Virus record (IMG/VR): IMGVR_UViG_3300006025_000047
Coordinates: 1 to 25,873 of that record
Source of the DNA: a virus
Lineage: Duplodnaviria; Caudoviricetes
Length of the DNA stretch: 25,873 nt
Direction: 5' to 3' (one strand)
How positions within the stretch are numbered: position 1 is the first letter of the stretch; each line of letters begins with the position of its first letter. Below, in pieces: positions 17,367 through 25,490 of this stretch. The position numbers and the translations under genes were made by a program. Under the pieces are notes generated by a model. It saw nothing but the letters and a program-made list of their open reading frames with translations. It did no database searches and was not told the origin of the DNA.

Positions 17367-20006
17367 ATGGGTGATGTTAAAGAAACAGGATCTACAGATC
17401 CGCAAACTAAAAAACTATCAGCAGAATCTCAAATAGTTAATTTCACTAATATGAAACAATGCTTTTTGCTTTCTGAGGCAAAAACTTTAGGTGATTTATC
17501 TGTAAAAAGCGTAAATCCAAATGGATTTTTATACACGTTATGTTTGTCTGATAATGATGTAGGAACTCTTTTAAGTAAAATAAACAAGCCAGCACCAAGC
17601 ATTAAAAATCTATTAAACATTAGCCCACTTGATTATTCAAGGTTTGTTCCAAAAATAGAACTTTATAAAGTTTTATATACTGGAGAAAGAACCTATGTTG
17701 GTGAAGCCCCTATTCCTTTTTCTACTGATAGTAGTCAAACGCTTGAGTCAATACTTAACTCATCTTCTGGAAGAGGAGACGATGTAGGCATTGTTGATTT
17801 CAGTCTCAACTTTGAAAATCAATCTCCTTGGGGTTCCGGCAGAATGGTCAATGGAAGTTTGAAACTGATATTCCAGAACGGAGAATCTTTAACTAAAGAT
17901 AGGGTTTTAAGATTATCAAGCAAAGGTGGTGGAACTACGCCATTTAGATTTTCAGACTTGATTAGCAGAAGAGGTCAAAGCCCAAGAGAGTTTGCTGGAG
18001 CACATTATAGAATCCGAGCAGATGTCGGATATGCCATTCCTCCAAACCAGACAGAGACACTAAATGATAACTTAATAGAACAAATACAAAGTATGAACTT
18101 GTCTTTGATTCTGGAACTGATTGATTATGATTTGTCCTTTGAACAAAATGGTGCTCTTACATTAGATATATCTTATCGCTCTTATATTGAAGCGCAATTA
18201 GATAGGGCGACATATGATATATTTAGCATAACGAAGAATCCATATGCTGCTGCCATTAAAATGGTCGAGGCAGAAACACAAGAATTTAGAAAAAAGCGCA
18301 AAGAACTTGAAAAAGGCATTTCTAAACTTGAAGAACAAGTGGAAAAAGAAAAATCTTCATTATCAAAAAAAATACAAAATGCTAAAACTGGAAAAGGAAA
18401 AAGAGAAATAAGGGCTGCGTTTTATGAAAAACAAAGAAATCTCAGCAAGGATAAGAAGGAACTTGAAAAACTTAATACATCAGACTTAGAAGCAAAAAAT
18501 GATCAAAAAATAGAAAGATACAAAGGAAGAAACAAAATTGAGAAATACTCAAGAATATTGACTTACCTTTATGATAACGACAAGGTGAAAAAAGTAACAG
18601 TCCCAAAAGATGATCTTCTATATTTTTCTCCAGAATATCCAGATCAGGTTAAGCAGGATGTTGTAGATTCTGGGATTTTTGATGCGCTCCCCGGTTTTTT
18701 TGGAAATAAAGATAAGTTAGTTCAAGATGCTACAAACGATTCTGTTTTAGCAGCAAGAAAGAAAATAAGGGATAAAAATCTCCTTAAAGCAACGAACGGC
18801 GGGACTGCTGTAAAGGGGAGCACTAACCTGATAACAAGAGATATTGCCAGAGGTATCAACAACGCAGTCTTAAAGAATGACGGTAAGCCAATATCTCAAG
18901 AAGAGTTGACAAAAATACAAGGAGCAGTTTTCACAGATATTTCATTACAACTTGGATTAAAAGATGAAAACAAGCCGAAATCTGACTCAGATACTTTAGA
19001 TATATATTGGTTTTATTATGGTGATTTATTACAAGCGGTAATAGACACAGCAGAATTAAGTGAGAAAATAAACCAAGATCACGTTGGATATATGTTTGGT
19101 GGAATACAGATACCCGGAGCAGATACTAATAACTCTGAAATTTCAATATTAGATATGCCGATATCATTGGAAATGTATCTACAATTCTTTAAAAAAATGT
19201 ATATTGATAAAGGTGTTGAAAGACATTCACTGAATAACTTCATCAAAGAATCGCTTCAGCAACTTTTGCTTCCATCAATCAACCAAATGTGTTTTGGAGA
19301 AAGCGTTTCAAGACCCGTGACAATCAAGACAACAACTTTAGAACTTGGATCTTATGGGTCTGAACAAAGCCCCATTGAACCCTTTCCGTCTAATGGGGAG
19401 GCGTTTGTAAAAAGAATATACACAAATGGAAGTTCTGGACAAAAACTAAAAAGATTATCTTCTGGAGATGTCTTAAGAAAGTGTAGCACTAATCAAAGAT
19501 ATTATTACAACTTAGTTTATGTTGCGGAAAATGGTTTACCGACATCTCTCAATGGAGATCCCATCGCAGATCACGAAAAAGGAATTTATCATTTCTATAT
19601 TGGAGCAGATAGGGGTTTGGCAAAAGAAGTAAAGTTTTCTAAGGCTAAAAAGAACTTTCAAGCAGAAGCGATGGCACAAAAAGCGGTGGCAGATAATGAT
19701 GAGTTTGCTGAAATATTTAACTTATTTAACGTTGATTTGGAAATGATTGGCAATACTTTGCTTAAGCCGGGAGTTTATATATATATCAACCCAACTCTGA
19801 CAGGGCTAGGTCAAGAAACATCCAGAGCAGTTGGTCTCGGCGGGTATTATCTTGTGTTAGAAGTATCAAATACGATTAATAAAGACGGATGGTCCACCTC
19901 TATTCAGGCAGATTCTGTTTCAAGAGTTTCAGACCCAGTTCAGAATATCTATAGTCCAGAAGGTTCTGCTGCTTCAAAACAAACAGAAAAATTGGAGACT
20001 CCATAA
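17367..20006 (+). CDS. Putative baseplate hub protein (879 aa) with large insertions
   Basis: It follows the LysM gene. The C-terminal VDLEMIGNTLLKPGVYIYI...GGYYLVLEVSNTINKDGWSTSIQA resembles the end of gp27/gpD-type hubs. Confidence 0.55.
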   Translation: MGDVKETGSTDPQTKKLSAESQIVNFTNMKQCFLLSEAKTLGDLSVKSVNPNGFLYTLCLSDNDVGTLLSKINKPAPSIKNLLNISPLDYSRFVPKIELYKVLYTGERTYVGEAPIPFSTDSSQTLESILNSSSGRGDDVGIVDFSLNFENQSPWGSGRMVNGSLKLIFQNGESLTKDRVLRLSSKGGGTTPFRFSDLISRRGQSPREFAGAHYRIRADVGYAIPPNQTETLNDNLIEQIQSMNLSLILELIDYDLSFEQNGALTLDISYRSYIEAQLDRATYDIFSITKNPYAAAIKMVEAETQEFRKKRKELEKGISKLEEQVEKEKSSLSKKIQNAKTGKGKREIRAAFYEKQRNLSKDKKELEKLNTSDLEAKNDQKIERYKGRNKIEKYSRILTYLYDNDKVKKVTVPKDDLLYFSPEYPDQVKQDVVDSGIFDALPGFFGNKDKLVQDATNDSVLAARKKIRDKNLLKATNGGTAVKGSTNLITRDIARGINNAVLKNDGKPISQEELTKIQGAVFTDISLQLGLKDENKPKSDSDTLDIYWFYYGDLLQAVIDTAELSEKINQDHVGYMFGGIQIPGADTNNSEISILDMPISLEMYLQFFKKMYIDKGVERHSLNNFIKESLQQLLLPSINQMCFGESVSRPVTIKTTTLELGSYGSEQSPIEPFPSNGEAFVKRIYTNGSSGQKLKRLSSGDVLRKCSTNQRYYYNLVYVAENGLPTSLNGDPIADHEKGIYHFYIGADRGLAKEVKFSKAKKNFQAEAMAQKAVADNDEFAEIFNLFNVDLEMIGNTLLKPGVYIYINPTLTGLGQETSRAVGLGGYYLVLEVSNTINKDGWSTSIQADSVSRVSDPVQNIYSPEGSAASKQTEKLETP

Positions 20007-20007
20007 A

Positions 20008-21465
20008 ATGACTTATAAGTTAAATGATGAAATCGTTTTTGGTATCAACTCTCTTGGATCTAAAGTCTTATTCAAGGAGAGAACAAGATATCAAGAGTTG
20101 TTTCCAACTGGGTCTACATTCCCACAAACTTTTTCTTTCTGGGAACAACAGAATCTTTTTTATGGTAGAGAAACCAATGAAAGAAATATTATATTTCCAA
20201 ATGAAACATATCTTAAAATAATACCAACAACAAAAAAAGATGTTGCTGTTTTTGGATTTGTAGCAGATGCATATCAAGATTTTCAGCAATGGATGAAAAT
20301 AAAGATAAGTAAAAAGTTTGTTGAAGATGATGCCATAACAAAACCTTGGACTGCAACAAAAGGATGGCAGAACGTTCATCAAGCACATCACGAAGCAATG
20401 GTTGCTCTTTATCAAGATTTTGCTGGAGTATATCTTGATAAAACAGGAAAGCACAAAAGCATAAAAAACTATGAAACTTTCTTAGATGTATTCTTAAATG
20501 ATCTTGTATCAAGTATGATTTCAGAAATTCCTTTTACAAAAAGCGGGTTTATAAGATCCAGTTATTTTACACCTATGATGAGTGGGCTGTGTATAGAGAT
20601 TTACAACTTAGATCATTCTGATGACTATGAGAAATATGATAAGTTTGTAAACAATATTAATTTCAAAACTTATTTGTTGGCTGCAAAGAAGTTCGGCTTT
20701 ATGGTAGATAAAAATGCTCCTTGGAGATTGATCGCCAACTTGGAATCTCCAGAAATGAGATCATATATTGCCAAGTATATGATTAGTTATCTACTACAAG
20801 GAACAACAACAACCGCATTTACAAAGCCAAATGTAGGGACAACTCATAGCCATACTTATGTTGTTGATGCTGCTGGCAATGGCTTCACAGAATATACTGA
20901 AGATCCAATGGAGCCGGGAGTTTTTCATAGGCACGAGATTAAAAACTATCAGATTATTCAAGCAGAAAGTGCAACATATGATGTATTTAATCAGGTAGGG
21001 ATAGGTCCACACGTTCACTTCTTGGGAACTGAACCAATGGAATCTTTTAATCAGAAAGACATATATGATCGCTTCTTTATTAGGGCAGATCAATATGATA
21101 TTGACGCTTTAAAAGTTTATTTAATGCAGTTCTACAATACATATGTGGCAGCATTTCCAAATGTTGCAGTTCCAAAACTTACTGCCTGTTCTCCTTCAAG
21201 TCCATTTACTGACTATGGAAACACTCAAAAAACAAAAATCATAAAAGTTTTTAGAAAAACGATTGGTCAAAAAGTCCACGACGAGAAATATAATGATTTA
21301 TTCTGGACAAAAATGTATTTTATCATTAGATTAAAAGAATTAAAAGCCAACGTTCCAGAGCCTATCTTGAACAAGAACCTTCAAAAAATAGATCAGATTT
21401 ATAAATTTGTTGACAAATCTGCCGCTTTAGAGTATATTCAGCAATACCTAAAACAATATTACTAG
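20008..21465 (+). CDS. Hypothetical protein (485 aa) with three HxH motifs
   Basis: Long ORF starting 1 nt after the hub gene. It contains HSH, HRH and HVH motifs. No family was recognised. Confidence 0.75.
   Translation: MTYKLNDEIVFGINSLGSKVLFKERTRYQELFPTGSTFPQTFSFWEQQNLFYGRETNERNIIFPNETYLKIIPTTKKDVAVFGFVADAYQDFQQWMKIKISKKFVEDDAITKPWTATKGWQNVHQAHHEAMVALYQDFAGVYLDKTGKHKSIKNYETFLDVFLNDLVSSMISEIPFTKSGFIRSSYFTPMMSGLCIEIYNLDHSDDYEKYDKFVNNINFKTYLLAAKKFGFMVDKNAPWRLIANLESPEMRSYIAKYMISYLLQGTTTTAFTKPNVGTTHSHTYVVDAAGNGFTEYTEDPMEPGVFHRHEIKNYQIIQAESATYDVFNQVGIGPHVHFLGTEPMESFNQKDIYDRFFIRADQYDIDALKVYLMQFYNTYVAAFPNVAVPKLTACSPSSPFTDYGNTQKTKIIKVFRKTIGQKVHDEKYNDLFWTKMYFIIRLKELKANVPEPILNKNLQKIDQIYKFVDKSAALEYIQQYLKQYY
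21410..21438 (+). promoter_or_regulatory. Sigma70-type promoter for the polymerase/tubulin-like genes
   Basis: TTGACA (21410-21415), a 17-nt spacer and TATATT (21433-21438), inside the 3' end of the upstream CDS. Confidence 0.7.
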
Positions 21466-21475
21466 AAGGTCAGCA

Positions 21476-22660
21476 TTGTTATTCCAAGCCCTAGACGAAA
21501 AAGAAAAATGCGTTGGTATTTATTCAGAGGGTAAAATCCTAAAAGACCTGCCCCAAGGCGGAACCCACACTTGGGAATACGCTTCCTTCCTCAAAGACCT
21601 AAACATAGAATACGCCAAGATTTATTGCGAGGGTAAAACGCTAGAACAGGCTTGTCCTCCCGAACTTAGGGAAGACTATGACCGTATCTGGAAAAAACTT
21701 AAAGCATTCTATAAGTCCTTTATAACTGCTAAGGTTTCTCTAAACGACCATTGCTTCTTTGATCTTGTCCCAGAAGGCTTCCTAAAAGAATACTGTGTTC
21801 TCAAAAACAAGATTACACAGCACGTTATTGATACACACAAGCGACCAGACAACTACGACAACTTGCTTCACATTACAAAACTGGTAACTGAAATCAAACA
21901 ACAGAAACTAAACATAGACTTGTCTGTTCTAAACAACGACTTGGCTGACCCAAGAACAAAAGAGTTCTACAAAAAGATAATGAAAACAGAGCCTTACATA
22001 AAGTATAATCCTTTTGGAACAAAGACAGGAAGGCTCACAACCCAGAAGAACTCTTTCCCAATCCTCACTATGGATAAGAAGTTCAGGAAAGTAATCAAGC
22101 CAACGAACAACTGGTTTGTTGAGTTTGACTACAACGCAGCAGAAGTCCGTGTCCTACTGGGTCTTCTCGGCGTAGAGCAACCACACATAGACATTCACGA
22201 CTACAACTCCTATGAACTCTTTGACGGCAAACTAACCAGAGAAGAATCAAAGAAGAGGATTTTTTCGTGGCTTTACAATCCAAATGCCGAGGACAAGGAA
22301 CTATCCAAACTCTACAATAGAGAGCGTATCAAAGAAATGTTTTGGGACGGTAAGTATGTAAAAACCTTATTCCACCGAAAGATAGAAGCAGACGAGTATC
22401 ACTCTGTTAACTACATAATACAAAGCACTTGTAGCGATATGATTTTAGACAAGGCTATTTTGATAAATGATTTGTTGAAGGGTAAGAAAACTAAAATAGC
22501 ATTTATCATTCACGACAGTATTGTGCTAGACTATTCCGACGAAGATGGGGATTTTATCAACTCAATCTACTGGGAGTTTATGGGAACACCGTTTGGTGTA
22601 TTCAAAACAAATGTGTCTGCTGGAAAGAACTTTGGAGAAATGAGCGGTTTATGGATATAA
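21476..22660 (+). CDS. polA: Minimal family-A DNA polymerase (394 aa)
   Basis: Contains GTKTGRLTT, motif A FDYNAAEVRVL, motif B REESKKRIFSWLY, NYIIQSTCSD and motif C IIHDSIVLD. The start codon is TTG. Confidence 0.85.
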   Translation: MLFQALDEKEKCVGIYSEGKILKDLPQGGTHTWEYASFLKDLNIEYAKIYCEGKTLEQACPPELREDYDRIWKKLKAFYKSFITAKVSLNDHCFFDLVPEGFLKEYCVLKNKITQHVIDTHKRPDNYDNLLHITKLVTEIKQQKLNIDLSVLNNDLADPRTKEFYKKIMKTEPYIKYNPFGTKTGRLTTQKNSFPILTMDKKFRKVIKPTNNWFVEFDYNAAEVRVLLGLLGVEQPHIDIHDYNSYELFDGKLTREESKKRIFSWLYNPNAEDKELSKLYNRERIKEMFWDGKYVKTLFHRKIEADEYHSVNYIIQSTCSDMILDKAILINDLLKGKKTKIAFIIHDSIVLDYSDEDGDFINSIYWEFMGTPFGVFKTNVSAGKNFGEMSGLWI

Positions 22661-23490
22661 TAATTGGACTGGGCAACGTAGGCTATAAAATAGGCAAAGC
22701 CTTTTCGCAACACCCACAATACAAAGTAATCACTATTGACCACGAAGAAAGCGCAGACATTCGTGTGCCTAAGTATGACCACCCTGAGAAATACGAAGAG
22801 AACTTTCCACTAATCGCAAACCAACTGCGAGACGTTGAAGGCGAGATCCTCTTTGTTATTTCAGGAGCCAGCATTATTTCAGGCGCAGCCCTTCGTGTTC
22901 TAGAACAAATCCACGGCAAAGGACCAATAAGCATTCTTTACATTCACCCAGACGTAGATACCTTGTCTCAGACAAGAAGACTGCAAACAAACTTGGTATT
23001 TGGTGTTTTGCAGCATTACGCAAGGTCAGGCGTTTTCAAGCAGTTCTATGCGATTGATAACCAACAGATAGACAAAATCTTAGGTGGAGCACCGATTATG
23101 GGCTATTACGATAGATTGAATGAAGTTATTGTCGCAACGATACATATGACTAACATTTTCAATCATTCAGAGCCAGTCGTTGGAACTCTGTCTGACCCAA
23201 AAGATATCTGCCGTATCTCAACTTTCGGCATTCTAAATCCAGAAACAGGCGACGAAAGCCCGTTTTTTTCTCTTGACAATGTTGTGGAGAAGCGTTATTA
23301 TTACGCCATTCCCGAAGAGGAACTAAAAACTGATAAGACTTTGATGAGTAAGATTATGAGCCAAGTGAAAGATTCGCCACAGGAAAAAGACGTAAAAGTT
23401 TCCTACGGCGTATTTCCAACCCAATACGCCGATAAATACGCTTATTTCATCGCAAGTACTTCAGAAATACAAAATGAAAAAAATGCTTGA
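22651..23490 (+). CDS. Divergent tubulin/FtsZ-superfamily protein (279 aa)
   Basis: IIGLGNVGYKIG (T1-like loop), VITID, LFVISGASIISGA (degenerate T4 loop), LYIHP, AIDN, YDRLNEVI and GTLSDPKD occur in the order expected for the tubulin GTPase fold. It overlaps polA by 10 nt. Confidence 0.7.
   Translation: MDIIIGLGNVGYKIGKAFSQHPQYKVITIDHEESADIRVPKYDHPEKYEENFPLIANQLRDVEGEILFVISGASIISGAALRVLEQIHGKGPISILYIHPDVDTLSQTRRLQTNLVFGVLQHYARSGVFKQFYAIDNQQIDKILGGAPIMGYYDRLNEVIVATIHMTNIFNHSEPVVGTLSDPKDICRISTFGILNPETGDESPFFSLDNVVEKRYYYAIPEEELKTDKTLMSKIMSQVKDSPQEKDVKVSYGVFPTQYADKYAYFIASTSEIQNEKNA
23273..23301 (+). promoter_or_regulatory. Possible internal sigma70-type promoter inside the tubulin-like gene
   Basis: TTGACA (23273-23278), a 17-nt spacer and TATTAT (23296-23301), preceded by a T-rich tract. 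Confidence 0.5.
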
Positions 23491-23515
23491 CATTCAATTT
23501 TAGTTAGTGTATAGT
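23487..23515 (+). promoter_or_regulatory. Sigma70-type promoter upstream of SSB gene
   Basis: TTGACA (23487-23492), a 17-nt spacer and TATAGT (23510-23515). An A-tract lies upstream and an SD AAGGAG downstream. Confidence 0.75.
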
Positions 23516-23543
23516 TCGTGTATAACTTTGAAAAGGAGAAAAA

Positions 23544-24299
23544 ATGGCTATTAATCTTGATAAAATGAAAGAGAAACTTGCTTCTGCCCAAGGGAAAGGA
23601 GGTCAGAAGAAATCTGAGTTCTGGCGTCCCCAAGACGGAGAGAATGTAATCCGCATCCTTCCGTCCCCAGACGAAGATCCCTTTAAGGAGCATCACTTCC
23701 ACTACAACCTTGGAAGCCAATCTGGTTTCCTCTGCCCGAAGCGTAACTTTGGGGACGATTGCCCTGTATGCAACTTTGCAACCAAACTCTTCAACGAGGG
23801 TTCGCAAGAGAGCATTCAGCAAGCAAAAAGCCTCTTTGCTCGCCAACGCTTCTTCTCGCCTGTTCTTGTTCGAGGACAAGAAGCCGAAGGTGTTAAAGTC
23901 TGGGGATACGGTAAGACCGTCTATGAAACCCTCCTCAGTCTGGTTCTGAACCCAGACTACGGTGATATCACTGACCCAGACGAAGGAACAGATCTGGTCC
24001 TGTCTTACGGTAAGGCTCCCGGTATGCTTTATCCACAGACGAAAGTCCAGCCACGACGTAAATCCTCCCCATTGTGCGATGATGGCGATGAGGCTTGTCA
24101 GGAGATTGTCGAGGCAGTCCCAGATCTGGATACACTCTTCGAGCGTAAGTCCACTCAGGATGTGCAAGACATTCTGGATGAGTTCCTCAACTCTGATGTG
24201 AATGCAGAGGACGCTTCCTCTGAAACCACAAAGTATGCCTCTACCACGAGCGAGGCATCTAATGATGTTGAGGCTGCTCTTCGAGAACTCGCAGGCTAA
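23544..24299 (+). CDS. gp32: Single-stranded DNA-binding protein, T4 gp32-like
   Basis: Contains FWRP..GENVIRILP, a His/Cys zinc site (HY...CPK...CPVC), VKVWGYGK.VY, DITDP.EG.D and an acidic C-terminal tail. Confidence 0.85.
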   Translation: MAINLDKMKEKLASAQGKGGQKKSEFWRPQDGENVIRILPSPDEDPFKEHHFHYNLGSQSGFLCPKRNFGDDCPVCNFATKLFNEGSQESIQQAKSLFARQRFFSPVLVRGQEAEGVKVWGYGKTVYETLLSLVLNPDYGDITDPDEGTDLVLSYGKAPGMLYPQTKVQPRRKSSPLCDDGDEACQEIVEAVPDLDTLFERKSTQDVQDILDEFLNSDVNAEDASSETTKYASTTSEASNDVEAALRELAG

Positions 24300-24302
24300 C
24301 CA

Positions 24303-24330
24303 AGGGGGGCGCAAGCCCCCCTACTTTTTT
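24303..24330 (+). terminator. Rho-independent terminator between SSB and recombinase genes
   Basis: Hairpin AGGGGGGC-GCAA (GNRA tetraloop)-GCCCCCCT followed by ACTTTTTT. Confidence 0.85.
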
Positions 24331-24344
24331 CTATAGGAGATATT

Positions 24345-25445
24345 ATGGCTAAAGCAGGTAAACTGTCTATGGCAGATATGCGAAAACTCATTAATAAGAG
24401 GGCTGGCATGACCGTAGCACACAACCTAAGTGAAGAGAATCCAACCGAGGTTAATGATTGGATTCCAACAGGGTCTAGGTGGCTAGATTCTATTATTTGT
24501 AAAGGACAACTGGCTGGCATTCCAGTCGGCAAAGTAACGGAGATCGCAGGTCTAGAAGCAACAGGTAAGTCATTCTTGGCAGCACAAGTAGCAGCCAACG
24601 CACAGAAGAAGGGAATTGATGTCATCTATTTCGATTCTGAATCTGCTATTGACCCTGCTTTCTTGGAGAGGGCTGGATGCGATGTTGATACTATTCTATA
24701 TGTTCAGGCTCAGTCTGTTGAGTTTGTATTGGAAACTATCGAAGACCTTTTGGCTAACAATGAAAATCGTATGCTTTTCATTTGGGATTCTCTTGCTCTT
24801 ACACCTGCTATTTCCGATGTGGAAGGAGACTTTAATCCACAGTCTTCAATGGCAGTAAAAGCAAGAATCTTGGCTAAAGGTATGTCCAAGTTGACTGTGC
24901 CGATTGCTAACAGCCAATCAACCTTCTTGGTGCTAAACCAGTTGAAGACTAACATTACCAGTTCGCCTTCAGAGGCTTTGACCACTCCCTATGTAACTCC
25001 GGGTGGTAAGGCTATGCACTATGCTTATTCTCTGCGTATCTGGCTGACAGGTCGCAAGGCAAAGGCTGCTTACATTACTGATGAAAGCGGTTTTCGTATT
25101 GGCTCTGAGGTCAAGGTCAAGTTGGAGAAAAGCAGGTTTGGAACACAAGGTCGGCAATGCAACTTCAAAATCTTGTGGGGAACTGAGGGTGTCGGTGTCC
25201 AAGACGACCAAAGTCTATTTGAAGCAGTCAAAGGCTCAAAGTATATGAGTTCTGCTGGTGCTTGGTATTCTTTGGAAATGGGCGACGGCAAAGTAGAAAA
25301 GTTCCAGCCTTCTAAATGGGAAGACAAAATGCAAGACCAAGCCTTCAAGCAGCGTGTCTATGACATTATGGACGAAGAAGTAATCAAAAAGTTTGACCAG
25401 CGACTTGGCAACGCTTCAGATTTTTATGAAGAAAATGATGAATAA
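24345..25445 (+). CDS. recA: RecA/UvsX-family recombinase
   Basis: Contains IPTGS..LD, GIPVGKVTEIAG, Walker A GLEATGKS, YFDSE, Walker B FIWDS, LNQL and TPGGKAMHYAYSLRI. An SD AGGAG precedes it. Confidence 0.95.
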   Translation: MAKAGKLSMADMRKLINKRAGMTVAHNLSEENPTEVNDWIPTGSRWLDSIICKGQLAGIPVGKVTEIAGLEATGKSFLAAQVAANAQKKGIDVIYFDSESAIDPAFLERAGCDVDTILYVQAQSVEFVLETIEDLLANNENRMLFIWDSLALTPAISDVEGDFNPQSSMAVKARILAKGMSKLTVPIANSQSTFLVLNQLKTNITSSPSEALTTPYVTPGGKAMHYAYSLRIWLTGRKAKAAYITDESGFRIGSEVKVKLEKSRFGTQGRQCNFKILWGTEGVGVQDDQSLFEAVKGSKYMSSAGAWYSLEMGDGKVEKFQPSKWEDKMQDQAFKQRVYDIMDEEVIKKFDQRLGNASDFYEENDE

Positions 25446-25490
25446 ATAATTAAACCCTTCGTCTAATAAAGGAACGGAGGTTTTAGTTAT
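25446..25490 (+). promoter_or_regulatory. RNA hairpin sequestering the SD and start codon of the downstream lipoprotein gene
   Basis: ATAATTAAACCCTTCGT (25446-25462) pairs with ACGGAGGTTTTAGTTAT (25474-25490) at 16 of 17 positions, including two G-U pairs. Confidence 0.65.

Noticed and set aside
8587-20006. Bacterial contractile injection system or tailocin instead of a phage
   Set aside because: The linked scaffold, major capsid, neck, SSB and polymerase genes indicate a complete phage.
23442-24314. 290-aa minus-strand ORF opposite the SSB gene
   Set aside because: It mirrors the gp32-like gene and has no recognisable features. It is a shadow ORF.
21476-25445. Introns, inteins or homing endonucleases in polA or recA
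   Set aside because: The motifs are contiguous, both proteins are of normal or reduced length, and no LAGLIDADG, HNH, GIY-YIG or intein-terminal motifs were seen.
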